A stretch of DNA of 55,822 nt, taken from Octopus bimaculoides. Its lineage: Eukaryota. Location of the stretch: positions 3,553,711-3,609,532 of the forward strand of contig NC_069004.1 of NCBI RefSeq assembly GCF_001194135.2, in the 5' to 3' direction. Both the position numbers and the translations under genes were made by a program. Of the stretch, positions 36,641-48,007 are shown in pieces (the stretch's first letter is position 1; each line of letters starts with the position of its first letter). The notes under the pieces were generated by a model that did not search any database, had not been told where the DNA came from, and saw only the letters and a program-made list of their open reading frames with translations.

Positions 36641-37395
36641 CCCTTATGATCCAACCAAGCGAGTCGTCTGCACATTGTTACCATCTGCAGAATGTGTACA
36701 ATGAATGATGTACCATCACTCATGGCGATTCTCAACCCATACAGGTATTGCGACCTCTGGTCTAGTGTACGAGCATCTTCATTCTAATCTGTGGGCCAAT
36801 AACATCGAACTGTACGGTTTAATTTAGCAGATTAACGTATTGCATTCAGGTCTTTCTGTAGCATGGCGTTATGATTAGAGTTCTTGACTGCCTGTAAGGC
36901 TTTTTGTATTGTTAGCGTAGATTGGTCAGGGTGACTGTCATACGAGAGAGAGAGAGAGAGCAGTATTACAAACAGCGGTCCCAGTACAGTTTCCCTGAAG
37001 GACTCCACTTAGAAATGATATCTCCTCAGAGACACCAACGTTGACTGGCACTGCCTGGTTCCTACTTTTCGAAAATGTCCTGCAAACCATTCCCCTAGTT
37101 TTTCAAGTATACCGAGGTCACGCAGTTTTTGACGTGTCATTTCGGGATCAGTTTTTTTTCGAAGGACTTTATCGAGTCAAAAAGACGTAGCAGCGGTGTG
37201 AAGGAACTCCTTTGTGAAGGAACTCCTTTGTGAAGGAACTCCTTTGTGAAGGAACTCCTTTGTCGACGGAAGAAGCCATGTTGTGTGTCAGCATGTAGTT
37301 ACCTTCGAGGAACGTGACGAATTGCCTTCTAACAATGCAATCCATGACTTTACTGATGTGAGACGTCGCAGAGATAGAATTGTATTTCTCAAGCA
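36641..37395 (-). mobile_element. Decayed CR1/L2/Jockey-group LINE reverse transcriptase
   Basis: Ordered motifs on minus: YNSISATSHISKVMDCIVRRQFVTFLEGN (YRPISLTS..KVME.I), HGF.RRQRSSFT..LL, KLRDLGILEKLGEW, SGVLQG/TVLGPLFVI, IYANNTK (YADDTK), LQKDLNAI, MSDGTSFIVHI. Many stops and frameshifts. Confidence 0.8.
37198..37263. repeat. Perfect 16-bp tandem repeat x4 (GTGAAGGAACTCCTTT)
   Basis: Four identical units at 37198, 37214, 37230, 37246. Confidence 0.97.
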
Positions 37396-37709
37396 TCTGT
37401 CCTGCTTCCTCCTTTCTGAATGGGGCAGAATATACCTTTTAATATGTGTGTGTATATATGTATTCATGTGTGTATAAATGCATTCATGTGTATTTCATAC
37501 GATCATATCATNNNNNNNNNNNNNNNNNNNNNNNNNNNNNNNNNNNNNNNNNNNNNNNNNNNNNNNNNNNNNNNNNNNNNNNNNNNNNNNNNNNNNNNNN
37601 NNNNNNNNNNNNNNNNNNNNNNNNNNNNNNNNNNNNNNNNNNNNNNNNNNNNNNNNNNNNNNNNNNNNNNNNNNNNNNNNNNNNNNNNNNNNNNNNNNNN
37701 NNNNNNNNN

Positions 37710-37772
<63 letters not shown>

Positions 37773-38161
37773 ACACATACGTATGTATGCATGTATGTAT
37801 GTATGTATGTATGTATAAACGCGCACATGCTAAGTGTTTCTGTTCACTTGTATATACATTCTTGTATATCACTCAAGCGTATGTAACAAAGCAAAAAAGT
37901 ATTTGGAGGACGAATTAATGTTTTAATTCCTGATTGGAATTTGGACATTGAGTTCTAATAATTGGTTGACCGTTGTGGCAGCATCATTTGAAATTGGAAT
38001 GTTTAAAAACATATATATATATATATACATGTTTATATACTTAATGTAAAGCTAACACACATATACTTACATGCATACATACACACTCGCACAATATGTG
38101 TGTATAATTATTTGTTTCAGCCCTAAGGCTGTGGCCATGCTGGGTCACCTCCAGTATAATT

Positions 38162-38213
<52 letters not shown>

Positions 38214-38776
38214 NNNNNNNNNNNNNNNNNNNNNNNNNNNNNNNNNNNNNNNNNNNNNNNNNNNNNNNNNNNNNNNNNNNNNNNNNNNNNNNNNNNNNNN
38301 NNNNNNNNNNNNNNNNNNNNNNNNNNNNNNNNNNNNNNNNNNNNNNNNNNNNNNNNNNNNNNNNNNNNNNNNNNNNNNNNNNNNNNNNNNNNNNNNNNNN
38401 NNNNNNNNNNNNNNNNNNNNNNNNNNNNNNNNNNNNNNNNNNNNNNNNNNNNNNNNNNNNNNNNNNNNNNNNNNNNNNNNNNNNNNNNNNNNNNNNNNNN
38501 NNNNNNNNNNNNNNNNNNNNNNNNNNNNNNNNNNNNNNNNNNNNNNNNNNNNNNNNNNNNNNNNNNNNNNNNNNNNNNNNNNNNNNNNNNNNNNNNNNNN
38601 NNNNNNNNNNNNNNNNNNNNNNNNNNNNNNNNNNNNNNNNNNNNNNNNNNNNNNNNNNNNNNNNNNNNNNNNNNNNNNNNNNNNNNNNNNNNNNAGTATT
38701 ATAATCCCTTACAAAACCTTTTTTCCAAATTTTCAGCCCCCAAAATAAGGGGGTTTCTTATACACGTTAAAATACG

Positions 38777-38840
<64 letters not shown>

Positions 38841-38842
38841 CG

Positions 38843-38888
<46 letters not shown>

Positions 38889-38925
38889 TCTTATATATAT
38901 ATATATATATAAAATCACCCATTAT

Positions 38926-39090
38926 ATAGCGGCGTACTGGGAGAATCGTTATCGCGCCGGACAAAATGCCTATCGGTATTTAGTCCGCCTTGATGTCCTA
39001 AGTTCAAATTGCACCGAGGTCGTCTTGAAACTTCCTGGGGCTTGTGGAATAAGTGGCAGCGAAATACTGAGGTCGATGCAATCGATCGAG
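38926..39090 (+). mobile_element. Family B SINE, diverged
   Basis: AGCGGCGTACTGGGAGAATCGTTATCGCGCCGGACAAAATGCC..AAGTTCAAATTGCACCGAGGTCG..GGTCGATGCAATCGA. Confidence 0.8.
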
Positions 39091-39384
39091 CTTTGTGCCC
39101 ACTAAATTTCAAACCCTGTGTATATAGTAGAAACGATTATTATATAGTAAGGTGGATTTCCGTCGGTTTCGACGAAGAGTGGGGGTGTTTCAGTTGTTCT
39201 ACTAAGTGGTAATATTTGCGTCAGAATTTACGCATTCCTTAAATATGTCTACCCTTAGCGTAATTCTAAGACAGAAACAGCATGAGACGGGCTGTCCATT
39301 CGGAATGGCAAGTGCATCCACCCGACTAATTTCGAGGCGGTTTCCGGGTATTGAGAATAAAATTTTGTCGAAGATCTTCATGGT

Positions 39385-39441
39385 GTGTGATTGAACCCGG
39401 GACCTCGGTTACAAAGAGCGGACTCCTTTACTCTTCCGCGG
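39385..39441 (-). mobile_element. tRNA-like SINE head remnant
   Basis: Minus strand GCGGAAGAGTAAAGGAGTCCGCTCTTTGTAACCGAGGTCCCGGGTTCAATC has A- and B-box-like segments but no acceptor stem. Confidence 0.45.
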
Positions 39442-39759
39442 TATATATTGTCTATATGTATTACATATGTACAACATTTGTATACATGTTGTATACGTAT
39501 GGGTATATATACATTCATGCACATGTATGTATGTATATGTGTAGATTTATGTGTGTGTATAATGGATGTGTAAATGTGTATATACACGTGTACATATACA
39601 TGTGTGTATAATGCATATGTATGTTGCGAATTTGTATACCTATATCTATATACGTATACATAAATATATTTATACACATTCGTATGTGTATATGTATGTA
39701 TATACACACAAATATATATACATATAAACTGTATGTACACATGTGCATATATCTATATC

Positions 39760-39791
<32 letters not shown>

Positions 39792-40004
39792 ATACAAAGA
39801 ATATATATACATGTATACACACATATATGTACATACTTACATCTACATGTGTATATACATGCATATCAGGGTACAGGACGTTAGAACAATAAACTACAGA
39901 CAACGGAACGAACACATAGGAAAACGGAAAGCCCCTTGGAATATCCCTTCATCAGCTGTCTCTATTCTATCTAGACGTTTCGAAGACCAGACAGTATATA
40001 TATC

Positions 40005-40037
<33 letters not shown>

Positions 40038-40071
40038 GTGTATATACACAGACACACGTGTGTGTTTGTAC

Positions 40072-40102
<31 letters not shown>

Positions 40103-40476
40103 CCGTGTGCGCGCATGTGTATGATATAGAGATATACACATAGCTATAATTTAATATGTCGATGTATCGATACTTGAACGTAAGTGCTGTGGTGTTGATG
40201 CCTATTCGCTACTAAAGGCACGACGAAGTACAATAAATCCCTATTAACTTTTTTTTATATGAAAATAAAAGAGTGAAGAGTTCCTCTCTAATTTCCTGAT
40301 TCATGTGTGGACACGCCATCTTAATTTTTTTTTTCACCTCCATAAAGTTGAACGCTTCCGTCGGTATGTCGACTACTGGCTTTTTTTGTGGTGGTATTTT
40401 GTCCCAAGTTAGCCTTGATCCATGTTGTTCTAGCTTTGGCACTTCCTTATTTTATTCCAAGGGGTATTTTTATATA

Positions 40477-40516
<40 letters not shown>

Positions 40517-40597
40517 AATGTATGTATGTATATCGTTGTAAGTCGTTAACTAGGGTAGCATCTCTCTTTGGAGGTTTCTAATATGAGGTTCATTAAA

Positions 40598-40645
<48 letters not shown>

Positions 40646-41065
40646 CTATATATATACACACAGCCATTGAAAATATACACCCGCATTTTCCATGAGTTCG
40701 TGTTGCGTCTGTGTGTGTGCGTGCGTGCGCCTGTACTTGTAGCGCTTTCGGCGGCCATATTAGAGAGACGATTTATTTACTACAATCGCATTGTTGATTG
40801 TAACATTTTGCTTCATAAATAAATATTCATATACACCCGTATATAATATGTATTTATACATGTATAAAAAAAAAGTATGTAATGCAAAATGAAAAAAAAA
40901 GAAACATAAAAAGCATTTAGAAGGCCTGAATGCCGCATATAGTAAGGTATATATAAAAGCATACATACTCGTATAGAGGGGTATGAAAACTAGTTAGACA
41001 AGCCGACAAGCTGTGCGCATGAGAGAGAAGGGGAGAGAGAGAGAGAGAAAGAAAAAGATGGGGAA

Positions 41066-41150
41066 GCGGGAAAAAGTGTTACGCCTTTTTTAAAACCCCT
41101 GTTCCCTTGTAACCTGATCGGTTGGGCGGTTCTAAAGGGACAGTTATAAA
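41066..41150 (+). promoter_or_regulatory. Candidate core promoter (E2F-like site, GC box, TATA box)
   Basis: GCGGGAAAA at 41066-41074, GGGCGG at 41124-41129, TATAAA at 41145-41150, followed by pyrimidine-rich unique sequence. Motif match only. Confidence 0.2.
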
Positions 41151-41357
41151 CTCCCTCCTACTCCTCCCGTCTCTAGTTCTTCCTTCTCCTCCGCCTCCAC
41201 CTCTCGCTATTTCCTGTCTCTTTTTGTGTCTGTGTATCTGTCGAGATATTTCGTTGTCGATAGCTGAAGGATCGATCAGCCATGTCAATGCCGCCGCCGC
41301 CGCCGCTGCCGTCGACATCGTCGTTGTTTTAACCCCCAGCGAACAGAACCTATTTAT

Positions 41358-41532
41358 TGATCAAAGGCATTCCGATTCGTGACCATCCCATCTTTTATAT
41401 ATACATACACCGCAAACACAACACAACACAAGCATATTCTGCAACATGCACTTTTCCAAGACACTACAAAGATATATGTTGAATTGAGGCGGATTTGGCT
41501 ATTATTTCTAGTAACCTGTTGAATGACCACGT
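41358..41532. mobile_element. Unclassified dispersed repeat (family E)
   Basis: TGATCAAAGGCATTCCGATTCGTGACCATCCCATCTTTT and GATTTGGCTATTATTTCTAG segments recur at 23301-23335, 47465-47490, 49612-49640 and 49730-49900. Confidence 0.55.
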
Positions 41533-41761
41533 CAAGTTGCCCTTCTTTCTAATTGTTCTTATTTAACCCTAGGACGATCCCGACCGAGTGGCCCTGCTGC
41601 TGTTAAGAGCAACTGTCCCTTACAGTCTCTTTACAAGCAGCTAGCATGACGTGCGAAAGGGTTTATTTCTTATCGCCTCTTGTTCCTTTACGTGGGGACA
41701 GCTAAAATAGGGTATTAGGGTCTTTCGTAGTGAGTCGCTGTAGATCTGTAGGAACGATATC

Positions 41762-41795
<34 letters not shown>

Positions 41796-41796
<1 letters not shown>

Positions 41797-42198
41797 GGCG
41801 CAGGCGTGGCTATGTGGTAAGAAGCCTGTTTCTGAACCACATGGTTACAGGTTCAATCTCACTGCGTGTCTTGTACTATAAGCTTCGTGCTTATCAAAGC
41901 TTTGTAAATGGATTTAGTAAAAGGAAATCTAAAGAAGCCCGTCTAACACACTGTGTGTGTGTGTGACTGTCCCCCACCGCCGCTTGACAGCCATACGGTG
42001 TTGTTTTGTTTACATCCCGGTAACTTGGCGGTTCGGCGAAAAGAGACCGATATAAGTACCAGGCTTAAAGAAAAAAAAGGTTCTTCAAGACAATGCCCCA
42101 GCATGGCCGCAGTCTAATGATAAAAGATATATATATATATATTTAATTACTCTTTTACTTGTTTCAGTCATTTGACTGAGGCCATGCTGGAGCATGGC
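41796..42198. mobile_element. Near full-length family A SINE (plus, 41796-42129) plus inverted family A tail (42147-42198)
   Basis: Head AGGCGCAGGCGTGGCTATGTGGTAAGAAGC, tail GCCCCAGCATGGCCGCAGTCTAATGA, then TTTCAGTCATTTGACTGAGGCCATGCTGGAGC. Confidence 0.88.
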
Positions 42199-42429
42199 CA
42201 AAATTTAAATCTACTAGTACTACTACATGAGTTCTTCATGTTCGTCTCTCAGGGTGTAACCACTGACTTTCGGGACAAGGGGGGGGGGTTCTATTGTAAC
42301 TACTTCATGGTTGAAGTTTGGCTGAAGATAAGTGTATAGTAGCAGGCCCCATGGTGGGAATTGTTCATGTTTGTGCTTCTTAAATCCATTAGTTGCAAGC
42401 ATTCAGGAACCGATTACGATTACACTGCA

Positions 42430-42875
42430 AACAGTCTTGGCATAGCAAACGCTTTACTTTGAGAGTAGGTCAAAGGTTATAAGATCCAAATTGTTAAGAA
42501 TTTTGAGAATATTCATGAAGCCATCCCTTTGCTGGTACATAATTAAAAAGGGAATATTTTGAAGCATGCTTTTATAATAAAGCTCGTCAGCTCAGACTTT
42601 TGCGTAAGCCAAGAATGTCTTGAAAGCAAATGGATAAATTTCCACGAAGGTATATCATACAGGGCAAGTTTAAGCGGAAGTGATTGCATTACTTTAAATG
42701 TACAAATATGTTTTTAGTACGTTTTTGGATAAATTTGAGGTGATGTAGAAAAGTGGATTAATACTAATTGTAATTGTTGCACCTATTTCTTTGAAATGAA
42801 TGTCTTTCTCCAATTTTTTCTTCTTCATGAGCAATCGTACTGAGTCTTAAACGCCGTCATCTCTGTATAAGCTTC
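42430..42875 (-). mobile_element. Penelope-like element (PLE) reverse transcriptase remnant
   Basis: One frame reads SLYRDDGV*DSVRLLMKKKKLEKDIHFKEIGATITISINPLFYITSNLSKNVLKTYLYI*SN, matching the PLE pattern GLYRDDGL..KK..I.KIFK..GL.ITI..N..V.FLD.TLNL..LY....SNHP; a TLKV...MP remnant lies at 42436-42468. Confidence 0.7.
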
Positions 42876-42899
42876 TCATAAAACTTGACTGACTGTCTT

Positions 42900-43142
42900 A
42901 CCTTTTACTTGTTTTTATAAAGCCTGGTATTTATTCTATCGCCCTTTTTTTGTCGAACTGCTAAGTGACTGAGACATAAACACCCCAGCACCGTTTGTCA
43001 AATGGTGGTGGGGGACAAACAAGTAGAAACGCACACTATATAACCACAAGACAGGCACTGAGGTGTCACACAGTGGCAGTGAAACCCGAAACCATGTGGT
43101 TTGGAAGCAATCTCAATTGTCACACACAGTCGCGCCTACGTC
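42900..43142 (-). mobile_element. Family A SINE, diverged
   Basis: AAGCCTGGTATTTATTCTATCG..GTCGAACTGCTAAGT..CCCGAAACCATGTGGTTTGGAAGC..AGTCGCGCCTACG. Confidence 0.8.
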
Positions 43143-43357
43143 TATATGGAAGTTCGAAATACACGCATACGATTTCTGTGTTGTGGTGCGATTTAATGGA
43201 AACGATAAATTCTTTATCCCCTGCCTTAATCTTAAGGGATTTATCGAGTAACAGAAGGGAATTTCTTGGCCCCTAAAACCACCAAATTCGCTTGAAACTT
43301 TTCTTGAACGACCCTCAAGCTATGGAAAATTGAAGGTCTAAAATACAGAACTTGAGA

Positions 43358-43568
43358 CATTTCTGACATTAGACAGGGGCCATGCTGGGGCATCGAAGCA
43401 TTCCAGCCACTAGATAGCGGTCATGCTGGGGCATCGAAGTATTCCACTCATTAGATAGCGGTCATGCTGGAACACCGTAGCATTCCAGTCATTAGACAGC
43501 GGCCATGCTGGGGCATGGAAGTATTTCAGTCATTAGATAGCGGCCATACTGGAGTACCGCCTCGAAGG
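43358..43568. repeat. 41-bp tandem repeat (~5 units) derived from the family A SINE tail
   Basis: Units start at 43378, 43419, 43460, 43501, 43542; consensus GGCCATGCTGGGGCATCGAAGCATTCCAGTCATTAGATAGC; the last unit continues into GGAGTACCGCC as in the SINE. Confidence 0.92.
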
Positions 43569-43594
43569 TTTTCTATACACACACGTACAGCAAT

Positions 43595-43700
43595 AAATAA
43601 ATGAGTACTAGGGTCGATTCGTTCAACAAAAGATTCTTGAAGCGGGGGACCCAGTCTGGCCGGGGTCAAAATAGTTGAAACAAATAACAGATAAAAGATA
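43595..43700 (+). mobile_element. Family A SINE tail fragment
   Basis: GTACTAGGGTCGATTCGTTCAAC..GACCCAGTCTGGCCGGGGTCAAAATAGTTGAAAC. Confidence 0.6.
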
Positions 43701-43856
43701 GATAGACATTGTTAAATTATACATATGTTATGTATATATATATATATATATATATATGTTTATACTATGTATAAATTTAAACGCATTTGTATATCTTATG
43801 TACCATATTATACATGTATATTATACACATTGTATATATTATATTTCACATCCGTT

Positions 43857-43894
<38 letters not shown>

Positions 43895-43940
43895 TATACA
43901 TACATACACACACATATTATTATTATTATTATTATTATTA

Positions 43941-44175
43941 TTGAGGCGGCGAGCTGACCAGAGTCGTTAGCCCGCTGGACAAAAAGCTTAGCGGTATTTC
44001 GCCCGTCGCTACGTTCTGAGTTCAAATTACGCCGAGGTCGACTTTGCCTTTCATCCTTTCGGTGGTCGATGAAATCAGTACCAGTGAAGCATTGGGGTCG
44101 ATGTAATCGACTAGCCCCCCACCCACCCAAATTCCAGGCCTTCTGCCTACAGTACAAAGGACTATTATTATTATT
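43941..44175 (+). mobile_element. Full-length family B SINE flanked by (ATT)n on both sides
   Basis: GAGGCGGCGAGCTGACCAGAGTCGTTAGC..TTCTGAGTTCAAATTACGCCGAGGTCGACTTTGCCTTTCATCCTTTCGG..GGGGTCGATGTAATCGACT..AGGCCTTCTGCCTACAGTACAAAGGA(CT)ATTATT. Confidence 0.93.
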
Positions 44176-44718
44176 CTTATTATTATTCTTCTTATTATTA
44201 TTTTTCATCTCAACATAGGCTAAAATTACAGTATGTCATAGTGCTTATTTCTGCCACCAATAAACGGAACAGGACCCAACAAACTTAACTCTTTAAATGC
44301 GGAAAGTGTACTCTTTTGAGTCGCATATAAAGGATATGGCCAGTCGTGTTTGTATCACAAGGAGTTCNNNNNNNNNNNNNNNNNNNNNNNNNNNNNNNNN
44401 NNNNNNNNNNNNNNNNNNNNNNNNNNNNNNNNNNNNNNNNNNNNNNNNNNNNNNNNNNNNNNNNNNNNNNNNNNNNNNNNNNNNNNNNNNNNNNNNNNNN
44501 NNNNNNNNNNNNNNNNNNNNNNNNNNNNNNNNNNNNNNNNNNNNNNNNNNNNNNNNNNNNNNNNNNNNNNNNNNNNNNNNNNNNNNNNNNNNNNNNNNNN
44601 NNNNNNNNNNNNNNNNNNNNNNNNNNNNNNNNNNNNNNNNNNNNNNNNNNNNNNNNNNNNNNNNNNNNNNNNNNNNNNNNNNNNNNNNNNNNNNNNNNNN
44701 NNNNNNNNNNNNNNNNNN

Positions 44719-44775
<57 letters not shown>

Positions 44776-44933
44776 TACGCATGTATGTATGTGTGTATAT
44801 ATATGTATATAGATACGTGTGTGTATATATGTATGTATATAGATACGCGTGTGTATGGTTGTATTGCATGGCGAGTTAAAAGTAAAATATCCTAGGATTA
44901 AACTGAAGAATTACTCAATATTTTTGAAGAGGA

Positions 44934-45000
44934 ATAGTGACTTCGAAGTTTCGGATTGGCTATGATGAAGGATAACTGACTGAAACTTCGAAGTCACTGT
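44934..45000. repeat. Hairpin: 17-bp perfect inverted repeat with 29-nt partly paired spacer
   Basis: AGTGACTTCGAAGTTTC (44936-44952) and GAAACTTCGAAGTCACT (44982-44998). Confidence 0.92.
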
Positions 45001-45040
45001 CAGTCGATGTCGTAAAAGTATGAAATCTCTTTCTTTCTTC

Positions 45041-45084
<44 letters not shown>

Positions 45085-45390
45085 GTATGTCTGTTCATCC
45101 ATCTAATATCAAACCTATATAAATGTGTGTGCATATGTATGTGTGTTTGTGTGTAAAAACACACAGACACACACACACACACACACACAGACACACACGT
45201 GCACACACATGTATATATGCATAGATGTTGGTGAATAGATTATGTCGAGAAAATATGTTAGATCATGATGTTTTCCTACATGCAATAATGTCGGACGTGA
45301 GTAAACTAGAGATAATGAATGATATGATTACNNNNNNNNNNNNNNNNNNNNNNNNNNNNNNNNNNNNNNNNNNNNNNNNNNNNNNNNNAT

Positions 45391-45406
45391 CATCTATCTG
45401 TGTCTG

Positions 45407-45476
<70 letters not shown>

Positions 45477-45515
45477 CATCAATCATCTATCTGTCTATCT
45501 CTCTATCAAATCATG

Positions 45516-45610
<95 letters not shown>

Positions 45611-45640
45611 TTATCTATGTCCTTACCTATCTGTCTGTCT
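45391..45640. repeat. (TATC)n/(TGTC)n compound tetranucleotide repeat
   Basis: Directly visible; also at 45043-45085. Confidence 0.95.
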
Positions 45641-46267
45641 CTGTCTCTCTCCCCTCTCGTCTACCTGTCTTTTTCTTTCGAATTCCCCATCTTTGAATCC
45701 TACTCATTCCCTACGTTTGTTTCCCCCTTTTCTCCACTTTGCACTTCAGCTGTTTAATCTCCCCCCCCCCACACCCACAAGGGTACTTAAAGCGAGAATA
45801 GGCAGTCTTAAAATTCAGTTATAAATTTCATGTAAGTTACATAACAACAGTCTTCGCCCTCACCTGCCTCTCATAAAATTGAGAGATTTGTATTAAAATC
45901 TGATTTGATATATGCATCATTTTTTCTGTGTATTTTAGGAATACCCAGCATTCATGCGTAAAAAGCATGGCTATGTATGTATGTATGTATGTATGTATGT
46001 ATGCGTACGCGCCCCTCTATTCATATACAGAAATATGGGGTGACAAACTTGACAACCCTTTCAAACCTCATATAATCAAAATAGACACTAGTTCATAGCA
46101 TTATGTCAATAAAAAAGTAAACGGTGAGACGTTAGCTACAGGTAAACCCCCTTTTCACATATCTAGCCCTTATTCCCCCCTTATCAATGTCCATACAAAA
46201 TATGGGATGTTTTTCCGCCGACCATATTTGCATACTTGCATTTTTCGAACATACTCTTTTCTACATG

Positions 46268-46316
<49 letters not shown>

Positions 46317-47954
46317 ATCTATTTCAGTAAGTNNNNNNNNNNNNNNNNNNNNNNNNNNNNNNNNNNNNNNNNNNNNNNNNNNNNNNNNNNNNNNNNNNNN
46401 NNNNNNNNNNNNNNNNNNNNNNNNNNNNNNNNNNNNNNNNNNNNNNNNNNNNNNNNNNNNNNNNNNNNNNNNNNNNNNNNNNNNNNNNNNNNNNNNNNNN
46501 NNNNNNNNNNNNNNNNNNNNNNNNNNNNNNNNNNNNNNNNNNNNNNNNNNNNNNNNNNNNNNNNNNNNNNNNNNNNNNNNNNNNNNNNNNNNNNNNNNNN
46601 NNNNNNNNNNNNNNNNNNNNNNNNNNNNNNNNNNNNNNNNNNNNNNNNNNNNNNNNNNNNNNNNNNNNNNNNNNNNNNNNNNNNNNNNNNNNNNNNNNNN
46701 NNNNNNNNNNNNNNNNNNNNNNNNNNNNNNNNNNNNNNNNNNNNNNNNNNNNNNNNNNNNNNNNNNNNNNNNNNNNNNNNNNNNNNNNNNNNNNNNNNNN
46801 NNNNNNNNNNNNNNNNNNNNNNNNNNNNNNNNNNNNNNNNNNNNNNNNNNNNNNNNNNNNNNNNNNNNNNNNNNNNNNNNNNNNNNNNNNNNNNNNNNNN
46901 NNNNNNNNNNNNNNNNNNNNNNNNNNNNNNNNNNNNNNNNNNNNNNNNNNNNNNNNNNNNNNNNNNNNNNNNNNNNNNNNNNNNNNNNNNNNNNNNNNNN
47001 NNNNNNNNNNNNNNNNNNNNNNNNNNNNNNNNNNNNNNNNNNNNNNNNNNNNNNNNNNNNNNNNNNNNNNNNNNNNNNNNNNNNNNNNNNNNNNNNNNNN
47101 NNNNNNNNNNNNNNNNNNNNNNNNNNNNNNNNNNNNNNNNNNNNNNNNNNNNNNNNNNNNNNNNNNNNNNNNNNNNNNNGAGACTTGACTTTAAATGCTT
47201 ATAATGGATTTTTTAAAAGGGCTCAAAGGACCCGGATGTATGGTGGAACTGGCCCTGTCGTTCATAGGACGCCACTTATCAAAACCTATTCCACCAACGA
47301 TCAACGAGCTAAGAATTCTCCCAACCAAAACGCCCAAGATTGGGAATTGTATTTTTACTTTATCACCGAAGAATGGTTTGAAAAAAAAAAAAAAATAGGG
47401 ACATCGACGAGATTTGATCTTGGAACGCAGGGCGAGAGAGAGAGAGCTGAATGATTTAAAAGAGGAGCATGGCTGCTATTTCTACTTGAACGATTAAGAA
47501 TGTAGAGGCACCTACTATTGGCTCCAACCCATGGACGGGATTGTAGGGTTCTTTCTATTGGCATCAGAAGACCCTGATATATTTTGTGTATTATATTTAA
47601 AACTTATATCTTTGGTACCTAAACAACCCTTAGTGGGTTTTCGACTCGGGACGAATATTTACCAAGTAGTTGTGATGTACATGATAATGATAGAAATTTT
47701 TGTAATCCTTGCTTTAATGCCAGACAAGGAGTTTAAAAAGGTTCTCTTCAGAGGGCTAAGATAATTCTAAAAGTATGGGTGTACGTACGTATCATATTTA
47801 TGCTAGGCAACCCCTTGTATGTATAGATATTCATGTATACATGTATACGCATTTATGCATTTGCTTAATGTATGTATACATAGGTAAATGTGTCTGTGTG
47901 TGTAGGAGTGTATATACATATACATTGATACATACAAAGATATGTGTGTGTGTG

Positions 47955-48007
<53 letters not shown>

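Noticed and set aside
40212-40442. 76-aa ORF with a weak LINE-like KKPVVDIPTE motif
   Set aside because: A single weak motif without neighbouring RT motifs; cannot be supported by eye.
1149-41074. Recurrent E2F-like motifs (about 1150, 6855, 14072, 41066)
   Set aside because: A handful of 8-mer matches is near chance expectation in this length; kept only where clustered with other promoter motifs.
42560-42595. CTGACGA followed by a hairpin on the minus strand
   Set aside because: No GAAA after the stem; lies inside the PLE coding remnant.
43358-43568. 41-bp repeats as a CRISPR array
   Set aside because: No unique spacers, units are contiguous and derive from a SINE tail; eukaryotic context, no cas genes.
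47185-47764. Short ORFs after the large gap
   Set aside because: No recognisable homology or splice context; polyA runs and a family E fragment suggest decayed repeats.
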